Assembly (NCBI GenBank): GCA_964387925.1
Contig: CAYLXF010000007.1
Coordinates: forward strand, 17,270 to 81,269
DNA: 64,000 bases
Direction of reading: 5' to 3'
Origin: an uncultured Phycisphaeraceae bacterium
GTDB taxonomy: Bacteria; Planctomycetota; Phycisphaerae; Phycisphaerales; UBA1924
Made by a program: the position numbers and the translations under genes. Shown piece by piece: positions 44,834 through 53,622 of the stretch (positions are counted from its first letter, which is position 1; every line of letters starts with the position of its first letter). The notes below the pieces were generated by a model. The model had not been told where the DNA came from and searched no databases. It saw only the letters and a list, made by a program, of their open reading frames with translations.

Positions 44834-47656
44834 ATGCCCAGCAAGAAGACCACGAAAAAGACCGCCCGCAAGCCCAAGAAACCGGGGGGCGCCAAGACCA
44901 CCACCGCGTCGGCGAGCAGGGGCGGAGGGCGCAAATCCTTCGGCTCCAACTACAAGAAAGGCGACGCCATCGGCAAGTCGCTGGTGATCGTCGAATCGCC
45001 CGCCAAGGCCAAGACCATCAACAAGCACCTGGGCGGGGGCTACATCGTGCTCGCCTCGGTGGGGCATGTCCGTGACCTGCCCTCCAAGAACCCCAAGGGC
45101 GTCAAGGACCCCGTTCCGGGGGTCAAAATCGACAAGCGCTTCCAGCCCAGCTACGAGATCCTCAAGGGCAAGGAACAGGTCATGAAGGACCTGAAGAACG
45201 CCGCCAGGGACGCGCTGGACTCGGGCGGGCAGGTCTGGTTCGCCACCGACCTCGACCGCGAGGGCGAGGCGATCGCCTGGCACCTGGCCCAGGAACTCAA
45301 GATCGACTCCAAGGACGCCCAGCGGGTGATCTTCCCGGCCATCACCAAGCGCGAGATCGACAAGGCCTTCCAGCACCCCCACCCGATCGACGAGGACCGC
45401 GTCAACGCCCAGCAGGCGCGACGCATCCTTGATCGCATCGTGGGCTATCAGGTCTCGCCCCTGCTGTGGAAGAAGGTGGCGCGGGGCCTGAGCGCCGGGC
45501 GCGTGCAGTCGGTGGCGGTGCGGTTGATCGTGGAGCGCGAGCGCGCGATCCGCGCGTTCGTGCCCGATGAGTACTGGAGCATCGCGGGCTATTTCTCGCT
45601 CGACGAGCGGCAGGCGCGCCAGCTCGGTCCCCAGTGGCGCGCGTTCCTGGGCGAGACCGACGACAAGGGCAAGGGCCACACGGTCAAGAGCCAGAACGCC
45701 TGGCTGAGCAAGAACAACACCATCCGCGCCGAACTCATCGAGTTCGACGGCGAGAAGTTCGATCCCAGGATCAGCAGCGCCGCCATCGTCCCCGAGCCCC
45801 AGAAGCTCACCGAGGACTCGGTGAGTGAGCGGCTGGGCCGCGTCGAGCGGGCGTTCGCGGCGGCGGGCGACCACGACATCAGCGCGGGGGTCGTCCAGGT
45901 CGCCGCGGCGTGCGGGCTGCGCGAGATCACCACCGAGGTCGCCCCCGACGAGCGGGCCAAGGGCCCGGCGCGGTGGAAGCGGACCGTCTCGGGCGCGGCG
46001 GACCCGGGCACGAAGTACACCATCGAGTCGATCGAGACCAAGCGGACCCGGTCGCGGGCCGCGGCCCCGTTCATCACCTCCACGATGCAGCAGAGCGCCT
46101 CGTCGCGACTGGGCTTCGGCGCCCAGCGCACGATGCGGGCGGCGCAGGGGTTGTACGAGGGCGTGAACATCCCCGGCGAGGGGCCGGTGGGGCTCATCAC
46201 CTACATGCGAACCGACAGCACGCACATCGACGCCGAGGCGCTCAGCGCCGTGCGCGGCCACATCAGATCGCAGTTCGGCGACAAGTACCTCCCGGAGCAG
46301 CCCAACTTCTTCAAGTCCACCAACAAGGACGCGCAGGAGGCGCACGAGGCGATCCGCCCCACCGATGTTTCGCGTCACCCCGACAAGGTCAAGAACGCGC
46401 TCAAGCCCGACCAGCACCGGCTCTACAAGCTCATCTGGGAGCGGTTCGTCGCCTGCCAGATGGTCCCCGCCGAGTGGGACGCGACGAGCGTGCTCATCCG
46501 CGGCGGCCAGGACGACAAGGCGCTCTTCCGCGCCACGGGTCGCACGCTGGCCTTCGACGGGCACTACCGCGTCAGCGGCGTGCCCACCTCGGGCGACGAG
46601 CTGAACCTGCCCCGGCTCACGCAGAAGCAGCCGCTCCACCCGTTCGACTTTCAGGCCGACCAGAAGTTCACCGCCGCCCCCGGGCGCTACAGCGAGGCCT
46701 CGCTGATCAAGACGCTCGAATCGGAGGGGATCGGCCGCCCCTCGACCTACGCGAGCATCATCCAGACGATCCAGGACCGCAAGTATGTCGAGCAGGTCCA
46801 GCGGGCCTTCTACGCGACCGACCTGGGCGAGGTCGTCACCGACAAGCTCGTCGAGGGGTTCCCGCGCCTGATGGACCTGAGCTACACCCGCCAGCTCGAG
46901 GCCGAGCTCGACAAGATCGAGGACGAGCATCTCGACTGGATCGACATGCTCGAACAGTTCTACGGGCGCTTCTCGACGGCCCTGGAGAAGGCCCACGAGC
47001 AGATGACCCACGCCAAGGCCGAGACCAGACCCGCGCCCGACGAGTACCGCTGCGAGAAGTGCGGATCCACGCTGGTCTACCGATTCGGCAAGAACGGGCG
47101 TTTCCTGAGCTGCTCGACCTACCCCGACTGCGACTACGCGTGCCCGTGCGACCGCGAGGGCAGGCCGCAGACGGCCGAGTTCGTGGATGTGCGGTGCCCC
47201 AAGACCGGGCGCCCGATGATCCGCAAAACGGGTCGCTTCGGCCCGTTCCTGACCACGCCGCTGGAAGAGGGCGAGACCACCGAGGACGGGATGATCCTCA
47301 ACATCGACAAGAAGGGGCATGTGAACGCCCCGAGCGTTCCGCCGCTGGAGACCGACCTGCCCTGCCCGATCTGCGGGAGCCCGCTGAATCTACGCAACGG
47401 CGCGCGCGGGCCGTGGCTGGGTTGCAGCCGGTTCCCCAAGTGCCGCGGACGCGGCAAGTGGGCGGGGCTGGACGAGCCGGTCAAGGCCGAGCTGGAGAAG
47501 CGTCTCGCGGCCCACGAGAAGAAGCACCCGGTGGTCACCATCACGCGCATGAACGGGACCCCGCTGACCGACAGCAGGGGCAAGCCGCTTCCCGACGCGC
47601 CGCGCGTCGAGGAGCTGCTGCTCCAGGAGGACCCGAGGGCGGCGGCGCGCGATTGA
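44834..47656 (+). CDS. topA: DNA topoisomerase I with Lys-rich N-terminal tail and C-terminal zinc ribbons
   Basis: TOPRIM (LVIVESPAKAKTI…ATDLDREGEAIAWH), active-site region (GLITYMRTDST), and Zn ribbons (CEKCGSTLVYR…CSTYPDC; CPICGSPLNLR…CSRFPKC). Inner ATG (MPSKKTTKK) preferred. Confidence 0.95.
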   Translation: MPSKKTTKKTARKPKKPGGAKTTTASASRGGGRKSFGSNYKKGDAIGKSLVIVESPAKAKTINKHLGGGYIVLASVGHVRDLPSKNPKGVKDPVPGVKIDKRFQPSYEILKGKEQVMKDLKNAARDALDSGGQVWFATDLDREGEAIAWHLAQELKIDSKDAQRVIFPAITKREIDKAFQHPHPIDEDRVNAQQARRILDRIVGYQVSPLLWKKVARGLSAGRVQSVAVRLIVERERAIRAFVPDEYWSIAGYFSLDERQARQLGPQWRAFLGETDDKGKGHTVKSQNAWLSKNNTIRAELIEFDGEKFDPRISSAAIVPEPQKLTEDSVSERLGRVERAFAAAGDHDISAGVVQVAAACGLREITTEVAPDERAKGPARWKRTVSGAADPGTKYTIESIETKRTRSRAAAPFITSTMQQSASSRLGFGAQRTMRAAQGLYEGVNIPGEGPVGLITYMRTDSTHIDAEALSAVRGHIRSQFGDKYLPEQPNFFKSTNKDAQEAHEAIRPTDVSRHPDKVKNALKPDQHRLYKLIWERFVACQMVPAEWDATSVLIRGGQDDKALFRATGRTLAFDGHYRVSGVPTSGDELNLPRLTQKQPLHPFDFQADQKFTAAPGRYSEASLIKTLESEGIGRPSTYASIIQTIQDRKYVEQVQRAFYATDLGEVVTDKLVEGFPRLMDLSYTRQLEAELDKIEDEHLDWIDMLEQFYGRFSTALEKAHEQMTHAKAETRPAPDEYRCEKCGSTLVYRFGKNGRFLSCSTYPDCDYACPCDREGRPQTAEFVDVRCPKTGRPMIRKTGRFGPFLTTPLEEGETTEDGMILNIDKKGHVNAPSVPPLETDLPCPICGSPLNLRNGARGPWLGCSRFPKCRGRGKWAGLDEPVKAELEKRLAAHEKKHPVVTITRMNGTPLTDSRGKPLPDAPRVEELLLQEDPRAAARD

Positions 47657-47674
47657 GCGCGGCTATCATGCCCT

Positions 47675-49519
47675 GTGATCTCCCGCCTGGCCTACCGGCT
47701 CCGCCCCAGCACGATCGTCGCCTCCTCGCTGCTCTGGATGCGGAGCCATCCCGAGGCGTGGCTCAATGTGCTGGGGGCGTTCATCGGCGTAGTGACGGCG
47801 GTGGGCGCCGTACTCTTCGCCACGGGGTTGGTCGCCGCCGAGCATCTGACCGAGCATCTTCAGGGTGCATGGTCGATCTGGATGTTGCCGGTGATCCCGA
47901 TGGTCGGCGCGCTGCTCTGCGGCCTGCTGGTCTATTTTTTCGCAAGAGAGGCCGCGGGACACGGGGTGCCTCAAGTGCTCGACGCGATCGTGCGCAGGGG
48001 CGGCGTGATCCCCGCGCGGGTGGGGGTCATCAAGGTGCTCGCGTCGATCTGCACCGTGGGCTCGGGCGGCTCGGCGGGCACGGAGGGCCCGATCGTGCAG
48101 ATCGGGGCGGTGGCGGGGTCGGTGCTGGCCCGCAAGCTGGGGATCCCGCGCCGTCAAGTCGTGACGATGGTGGGCTGTGGCGCGGCCGCGGGAATCTCGA
48201 GCATCTTCAACGCCCCCATCGCGGGCGTGTTCTTCGCGCTCGAGATCCTGCTGCGTGACTTCTCGCTCAAGACCTTCACGCCGGTGGTGATGGCCTCGGT
48301 GTTCGCCACCGCGATGACGCAGGTGATCCTGGGCGACAACGAGGCGATCTTCGCCACCCACCTGCCCAACTATGTGTTCAGCGTCAACGAGCTGCCAAGC
48401 TACATCGTGCTGGGGCTGCTGTGCGCTCTGGGATCGTGGTTCTACACCGTGACCATCGAGGGCAGCGAGGACCTCTTCGCTCGCGTGAAGCTCCACCCCG
48501 TCCTCAAGCCCGTGCTCGGGGCGATGCTGCTGGGGGGGCTGGGCATCGGCGCGATCTTCGCTTTCGCGTCCATGCCCATCGGAGGGCTGCTGGGCCACTA
48601 CCACGGCGTGATCCCTCCGTTCTTCGGCAACGGCTACTCGGTCATCACCCACCTGCTCGACCCCGAGACCTACGCCGCCGGCGGCGTCGCCTGGAGCGCG
48701 ATCGGCGTGCTGGGCGTCCTGTTCGTCTGCAAGGTCGTCGCGACATCCTTCACCCTCGGCTCGGGCGGCAGCGGCGGCGTGTTCGCCCCCGCGCTCTTCA
48801 CCGGGGCCACCCTGGGCGGCATGTTCGGGGTCCTGCTCGACAAGATGGGGCTCATCAGCGCCGGCTCGTCCCCCGCCAGCTACGCCCTGGTGGGCATGGC
48901 CGCGCTGATCGCCGGCACCACCTTCGCCCCCATGACGGCGATCCTCATCCTCTTCGAGATCACCCGCGAGCCGCATGTCCTGGCCCCCATCATGCTCGCG
49001 GCCATCGTCTCCACCGCCGGCACGCGCACGCTCATGCCCGACTCGATCTACACCGCCAAGCTCCGGCGCGCCGGCATCCGCATCGGCACCGGGCGCGACC
49101 TCTCGCTGCTGCGCCAGGTCCCGGTGAGCAGCGTCGACTACGCGCCGCTCCCGCCCGAGCCGGTGTACGCCTCGGACCCGCTGAGCAAGCTCATCACCCT
49201 CCACGCCCACCACAATGTCCCCGACTTCCCTGTCGTCGACACCGACGGGCGATACATCGGGATGGTGACCGGCAGCGACATGCGCACCGCGCTGATCGAC
49301 CGCGAGGCCATCCCCCTGCTGCTCGTGGCCGAGCTGATGCGCGACGATCTGCCCATCATCAGGCCCGACGAGCACCTCGACACGGTGATGGAGAAGTTCG
49401 CCAGACACGAGATCTCCAGCCTGGTCCTGGTCGACGGCTTCGAGGGCGTCAAGCCGCTGGCGCTGGTGACGCGCTCCAAGGTGATGACCTGCTACAACGC
49501 GGTGCTCGACGAGGCGTGA
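47675..49519 (+). CDS. ClC-family chloride channel/transporter with C-terminal CBS pair
   Basis: GHGVPQV, GSGGSAGTEGPIVQIGA, GIFAPxxF-type GSGGSGGVFAPALFTGA, then two CBS-like segments (…NVPDFPVVDTDGRYIGMVTGSDM…; …EISSLVLVDG…). GTG start. Confidence 0.9.
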   Translation: MISRLAYRLRPSTIVASSLLWMRSHPEAWLNVLGAFIGVVTAVGAVLFATGLVAAEHLTEHLQGAWSIWMLPVIPMVGALLCGLLVYFFAREAAGHGVPQVLDAIVRRGGVIPARVGVIKVLASICTVGSGGSAGTEGPIVQIGAVAGSVLARKLGIPRRQVVTMVGCGAAAGISSIFNAPIAGVFFALEILLRDFSLKTFTPVVMASVFATAMTQVILGDNEAIFATHLPNYVFSVNELPSYIVLGLLCALGSWFYTVTIEGSEDLFARVKLHPVLKPVLGAMLLGGLGIGAIFAFASMPIGGLLGHYHGVIPPFFGNGYSVITHLLDPETYAAGGVAWSAIGVLGVLFVCKVVATSFTLGSGGSGGVFAPALFTGATLGGMFGVLLDKMGLISAGSSPASYALVGMAALIAGTTFAPMTAILILFEITREPHVLAPIMLAAIVSTAGTRTLMPDSIYTAKLRRAGIRIGTGRDLSLLRQVPVSSVDYAPLPPEPVYASDPLSKLITLHAHHNVPDFPVVDTDGRYIGMVTGSDMRTALIDREAIPLLLVAELMRDDLPIIRPDEHLDTVMEKFARHEISSLVLVDGFEGVKPLALVTRSKVMTCYNAVLDEA

Positions 49520-49525
49520 GGGAGA

Positions 49526-49553
49526 GGCAGTGGGCAATGGGCAGTGGGCAGTG
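49526..49553 (+). repeat. tandem heptamer (GGCAGTG)x4, second unit GGCAATG
   Basis: Read directly: GGCAGTG GGCAATG GGCAGTG GGCAGTG, starting 7 nt after the ClC stop and 14 nt before the palindromic element. Confidence 0.85.
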
Positions 49554-49566
49554 GGAAAGATACTCC

Positions 49567-49657
49567 GGGCGCCACGACTCGCCGTCTTCGGCGCAGTCGT
49601 GTCTTCTGAATCGCTCCAAGAGTATTACTGCGCCGAAGACGGCGAGTCGTGGCGCCC
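49567..49657. repeat. REPIN-like palindromic element, copy 1 (perfect 31-bp inverted repeat, 29-nt spacer)
   Basis: 49567-49597 GGGCGCCACGACTCGCCGTCTTCGGCGCAGT is the exact reverse complement of 49627-49657. The left arm is itself a hairpin: CACGAC-t-CGCCG-tctt-CGGCG-ca-GTCGTG (49573-49601). Confidence 0.85.
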
Positions 49658-49714
49658 AGGGTGGTGTGGGGCAAGTTCGAGCATCCGCGGAAGCGTCACC
49701 CGGTACACTGGGTC

Positions 49715-51133
49715 ATGCGCACGCTCGTCACCATCGGCCTGACCGCTGTCGCGGTTCTGATCGCACCCGTATTCGCCGCCGACACCGATCGCCAGGCGAT
49801 CGTCGAAAAACACCTTCAGCCCGAGATCGATGCGATGCTCATCCCCGGCGCGGTGGTGGGGATCGACTACGACGGGACCACCACCTTCCATGTCGTGGGG
49901 ACGCTCAACTTCGATACCGACGCCAAGCCCACCGCCGACACGATGTACGAGATCGGCTCGATCTCCAAGGTGATCACGGGGACGCTCCTGGCCGATGCCA
50001 TCCGGCGCGGCGAGGTGACAAAGGACACGCCGCTCAACGATCTGCTCCCCGAGGGGGTGGAGGCGGGCCGCGGCGACAACGGCGAGCCCATCCTCCTCTG
50101 GCACCTGACCACGCACACCTCCGGCTGGGGCACGGCCCCGATCAACCTGCTCCCGACCGATCCGGATCGGCCCTTTGTCGATTACGACCTCGACAAGATG
50201 CTGACCGGGATCGCCAGGACCCCCGTGATGCACACGCCGGGCACGCACTTCGAATATTCCAACTTCGCCGTGGGCGTGCTGGGGACCATGATCGCCCGGC
50301 ACGCCGGCGGTGACTACGAGACGCTGGTCAAGGAGCGGGTGCTTTCGCCTCTGGGCATCGGCGACTTCACGATCACCCTCGACGAAGGACAGCAGAAGCG
50401 TCTCGCCCCCGCGACCCGCGCGGGGATGGACACGAAGCCGTGGGGCTCGATGGGCGCCATCGCCCCGGCGGGCATGTGGACGACGACGGCCCATGGGCTG
50501 ATGGCCTTCGCCGAGGCGAATCTCAAGCCGCTCAATGATAAAGTGGATGATGACCGGGCGGGGATCTATAACGCCATGGAGATGGCTCGCCAGCCGCTCT
50601 ATACCGTCCAGGAGATGGGCCAGCAGGTCGGCATGGGCTGGTTCATCGCCCGCGACGGCGCGAGCCGCTGGCACAACGGGATGACCGGCGGCTACTCGTC
50701 CTACCTGGGCATCAATCGCGATCTGGGCATCGCCGTCGTCGTGCTCACCAACGGGGCGAGTTTGTACACCACCGGCGCGGGCGAGAAGATTTTTCAGGAG
50801 GTCATCGGCATGCACCCCGAGCCGATCTCGCCGCCGATCCCCCGGAAGCTCGTCGACGAAGTAACCACGAAGCTGGTCGGGACCTACCACTCCCAGCTGG
50901 GCTTCGACATCGACATCACCACATCTCACGGCCTCCTCTTCGCCCGCCTCTCCCGCCAGCCCGCCAACCGCGTCCACCCGGTCGAGGAGGCCAAACCGGG
51001 AGAGAAGCGGTTCCGCTACGACGGGATCGACGCCGAGCTGGGCTTCGCGCTGGGCGAGGATAGCGAGAAGGCGTCGGCGGTGACGCTGTATCAGGACTCG
51101 ATGGTGATGCGGTGCGAGCGGGTGGGGGAGTGA
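49715..51133 (+). CDS. secreted serine hydrolase, beta-lactamase (class C / PBP4*-like) family
   Basis: Inner ATG with a signal peptide (MRTLVTIGLTAVAVLIAPVFA). SxxK motif (YEIGSISKVITGTL), YSN (FEYSNFAVGVLG), and a later …GYSSYLGINRD…VVVLTN block. The track start at 49649 would lie inside the palindrome. Confidence 0.85.
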   Translation: MRTLVTIGLTAVAVLIAPVFAADTDRQAIVEKHLQPEIDAMLIPGAVVGIDYDGTTTFHVVGTLNFDTDAKPTADTMYEIGSISKVITGTLLADAIRRGEVTKDTPLNDLLPEGVEAGRGDNGEPILLWHLTTHTSGWGTAPINLLPTDPDRPFVDYDLDKMLTGIARTPVMHTPGTHFEYSNFAVGVLGTMIARHAGGDYETLVKERVLSPLGIGDFTITLDEGQQKRLAPATRAGMDTKPWGSMGAIAPAGMWTTTAHGLMAFAEANLKPLNDKVDDDRAGIYNAMEMARQPLYTVQEMGQQVGMGWFIARDGASRWHNGMTGGYSSYLGINRDLGIAVVVLTNGASLYTTGAGEKIFQEVIGMHPEPISPPIPRKLVDEVTTKLVGTYHSQLGFDIDITTSHGLLFARLSRQPANRVHPVEEAKPGEKRFRYDGIDAELGFALGEDSEKASAVTLYQDSMVMRCERVGE

Positions 51134-51167
51134 GGAACCCGTAGGTATAGCATGCGAATGAACTTCT

Positions 51168-51704
51168 ATGCGAGTGGGGCTCAAGGTCAACTGGTTCGAT
51201 CTAGTCGCTCTACTCGGGGTAGTGGTGACCGTCGTACTGATTTTTACATCATCGCTTGGTTTCCCGCCGTTGCGTTTTTCTCCGGTGAGGTTGCGCCAGG
51301 GAAATTTGCGTTCGATTGCGGCGATGATGAAAAACTATGCCATAGAGCATGATGATCAGTTTATTGTGCCGTCTTCATTCCAGATGGTGATGGACTGGGC
51401 GGATATCCCATACCCAGAGCCCATACTCGGCTCCGATGACACGCAGGACGACATCTGGATGTGCCCCATCCCTTGGCCCGACCGCCGCATCCCCGACGGC
51501 ATCAGGCCCGAAGAGCTCGCCAAGCTCCCGATGCTTCACGAACGCGTCGATATGAATCCCGAAGGCGCCTCGGTGCTTTTCTGGGACGGCCATGTCGAAC
51601 TGCTCTCAAACAAGGATTTCGAGCGGCTGATCGATGTTGATCAGTCGGTCTGCCTTGGGTGCCAGTTGCTGATCCCGAAGTCCATGAAGAACCGGAAACC
51701 ATAA
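51168..51704 (+). CDS. small DUF1559-like (H-x-DG tail) pseudopilin-related protein lacking a canonical prepilin leader
   Basis: N-terminal hydrophobic helix (WFDLVALLGVVVTVVLIF). GNLRSIAAMMKNYAIEHDDQF resembles the NLKQIGLALHNY block of DUF1559 proteins. The C-terminal ASVLFWDGHVELLS resembles their 'N-V-L-F-x-DGSV' tail. Lies in an AT-richer patch (25 G/C in 51301-51360 by my count). Confidence 0.55.
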   Translation: MRVGLKVNWFDLVALLGVVVTVVLIFTSSLGFPPLRFSPVRLRQGNLRSIAAMMKNYAIEHDDQFIVPSSFQMVMDWADIPYPEPILGSDDTQDDIWMCPIPWPDRRIPDGIRPEELAKLPMLHERVDMNPEGASVLFWDGHVELLSNKDFERLIDVDQSVCLGCQLLIPKSMKNRKP

Positions 51705-51710
51705 CTTGCG

Positions 51711-51802
51711 GGGTGCCACTACTCGCCGTCTTCGGCGCAGTAGTGCTCTTGGGGGGCTCTCGAAGACGCTACTGCGCGTCTGCGTCGCGAGTAGTGGCGC
51801 CC
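51711..51802. repeat. REPIN-like palindromic element, copy 2 (left unit conserved, right unit degenerate)
   Basis: 51717-51745 CACTAC-t-CGCCG-tctt-CGGCG-ca-GTAGTG is the same hairpin as in copy 1, with paired substitutions (G>T with C>A) that keep the stem. The right unit, 51769-51796 CTACTGCGCGTCTGCGTCGCGAGTAGTG, keeps the outer stem and GTGGCGCCC flank but has a rearranged core. Confidence 0.7.
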
Positions 51803-51839
51803 AGAGTTCTTCCCTGATGGCCAGCGGCCGATCCCTTCT

Positions 51840-53339
51840 TCACTCCCCCAGCGTCTTCTTCCGCCGCAGAATATGGTGATAGTGCTGCGCGAAGCGGTGC
51901 GCCTCGTCGCGCACCTGCTGGAGCAGGCGCAGACCCGGGTTGTTTCGTCCGAGCCGGATGGGGTCGGGCGAGCCCTGTTTGTAGATCAGTTCTTCCTTCT
52001 TGGCCAGCGACACCACCATCGGCGGCTGGATGTCGAGCTGCTCGAAGGCGTCCATCGCCGCGTGGAGCTGGCCCAGGCCGCCGTCGATCATGATGATGTC
52101 GGGGTACAGCTCGTGCCCCTCGCCCGCGTTGCGATACCGGCGGCTGATGACCTCGCGCATCGACTGGAAATCATCGTTGGCGCGACCGCCGGACAGGTTC
52201 GTGAACGACTTGATGCGGTAGCGCCGGTACTCCTGCTTGAACGGGCGCCCGTCGATGAAGCACACCTTGGACGCGACCGTCTCGTTGCCCTGCAGGTGGG
52301 CGATGTCGAAGCCCTCGACGCAGCGGATGGTTTTTTCCAGCCCCAGCGCCTTCTGCAGACTGGTGCAGCCCTTCTTGGGGTCGATGTACCCGATCTCGGT
52401 CTCGGGCTGCCACTTGTCGCTGGTGCGGGCCCGCTCGTCGAGCTTGCGGATCGCGGTGATCTGGTCGCGCAGGACGGCCGCCGACTCGAACCTCATCTGG
52501 GCGGAGGCATTGACCATCTCCTCTTCCAGCTCGCTGATGACCGTCGAGCGCTTGGTGTTGAAGAAGCGGACTAGGCGCTTGATGTCCTCGCGGTACTGGC
52601 CCTTGCTGATGGAGTTGTTGCACGGCGCGCTGCATTTGCCGATCGCCTTGAGCAGGCACGGGCGGAAGAAGCGGTTTTTGGGGTCGTCCTCGAGGATGTC
52701 CAGCGAGCAGGTGCGGAACTTGAAGACATCCTGGAGCGCGTCGAGCGCGATGCGAAGGGCCGCGGGGGAGGTGAAAGGGCCCAGGATCGTCGCCCCGGTG
52801 AAGCGCGGGTCCTTGGAGCCGTCGGCCCTGATCCCCGTCGGGTTGCGGCTGACGAACACGCGGGGGAAGTCCTCGCGCATGGTGACGATCAGATACGGGT
52901 AGGTGCGGTCGTCCTTCTGCGCGACATTGTACGGCGGGTTGATGTCCTTGATCAGCCGGTTCTCGGCCAGCAGGGCCTCCCACGCCGTGTCGGTGATGAA
53001 GGTGTCGAACGCGTGCACCTCGTCGAGCATCATGTTCTTGCGCGGCCCCAGGTCCGCCGAGGGGATGAAGTACGACGACACCCGGTCGCACAACCGCGTC
53101 GCCTTGCCGACATACAGGACGCTGCCCTTGTGGTTCTTCATGAGATACACGCCGGGCCGCGGCGGCAGCTTGCGCGCGTCGGCGCGCAGGCGCAGCAGAC
53201 GGATCACCCTGGTCTCGGTCCCCCAGGGCGGCGGGTCGGAAGCGGGAGCGTGACCCTCGGCGTCACAGAATGAAGTGTCGGGATCGTCGGCCACGGGGGA
53301 TTGTATTCGTACCGCGGCGTCGGCCGGTTGTGGTGTCAT
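51840..53339 (-). CDS. uvrC: excinuclease ABC subunit C, lacking the C-terminal (HhH)2 domain
   Basis: GIY-YIG (PGVYLMKNHKGSVLYVGKATRLCDRVSSYF), UVR domain (MRFESAAVLRDQITAIRKL), Endo-V-like domain (IEGFDIAHLQGNETVAS…IDGGLGQL…RDEAHRFA). The protein ends ~15 aa after RDEAHRFA. Confidence 0.9.
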   Translation of the reverse strand: MTPQPADAAVRIQSPVADDPDTSFCDAEGHAPASDPPPWGTETRVIRLLRLRADARKLPPRPGVYLMKNHKGSVLYVGKATRLCDRVSSYFIPSADLGPRKNMMLDEVHAFDTFITDTAWEALLAENRLIKDINPPYNVAQKDDRTYPYLIVTMREDFPRVFVSRNPTGIRADGSKDPRFTGATILGPFTSPAALRIALDALQDVFKFRTCSLDILEDDPKNRFFRPCLLKAIGKCSAPCNNSISKGQYREDIKRLVRFFNTKRSTVISELEEEMVNASAQMRFESAAVLRDQITAIRKLDERARTSDKWQPETEIGYIDPKKGCTSLQKALGLEKTIRCVEGFDIAHLQGNETVASKVCFIDGRPFKQEYRRYRIKSFTNLSGGRANDDFQSMREVISRRYRNAGEGHELYPDIIMIDGGLGQLHAAMDAFEQLDIQPPMVVSLAKKEELIYKQGSPDPIRLGRNNPGLRLLQQVRDEAHRFAQHYHHILRRKKTLGE

Positions 53340-53406
53340 TGCCTCAATCAGATTGATAAGGTCCGAACATCATACAGCATCGCGATTGAATCGAGGAGAA
53401 AGCCGC

Positions 53407-53619
53407 TCACCGCTGATCGATCCCGAATCCCTCGCTCACCTCTGGCGGGAGTGGAGCGTCGAACTCGTCACTGATGCGCGCAAGGCCCTTCCAGGCTCCA
53501 CCCTGGCGAGGCTCCCGCGGCTCGATCCGGGGCGCCGGGGCGGGCTTGATGCCCAGTATGCCAAGAAAAACCGACCACTTGCGAGGCCGGCTTGCGTGTT
53601 CGTTCGGTAGATCGGGCAT
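53407..53619 (-). CDS. possible small ORF with antitoxin-like (DUF2281-type) C-terminal motif
   Basis: 70 aa. The C-terminal GAWKGLARISDEFDAPLPPEV resembles the G-S-A-K-G-x-I-x-M-x-DDFDxPLxDF tail I recall from DUF2281/VapB-like antitoxins. The N-terminal half is low complexity. The start is 4 nt after the lipoprotein stop. Weak call. Confidence 0.3.
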   Translation of the reverse strand: MPDLPNEHASRPRKWSVFLGILGIKPAPAPRIEPREPRQGGAWKGLARISDEFDAPLPPEVSEGFGIDQR

Positions 53620-53622
53620 GCC

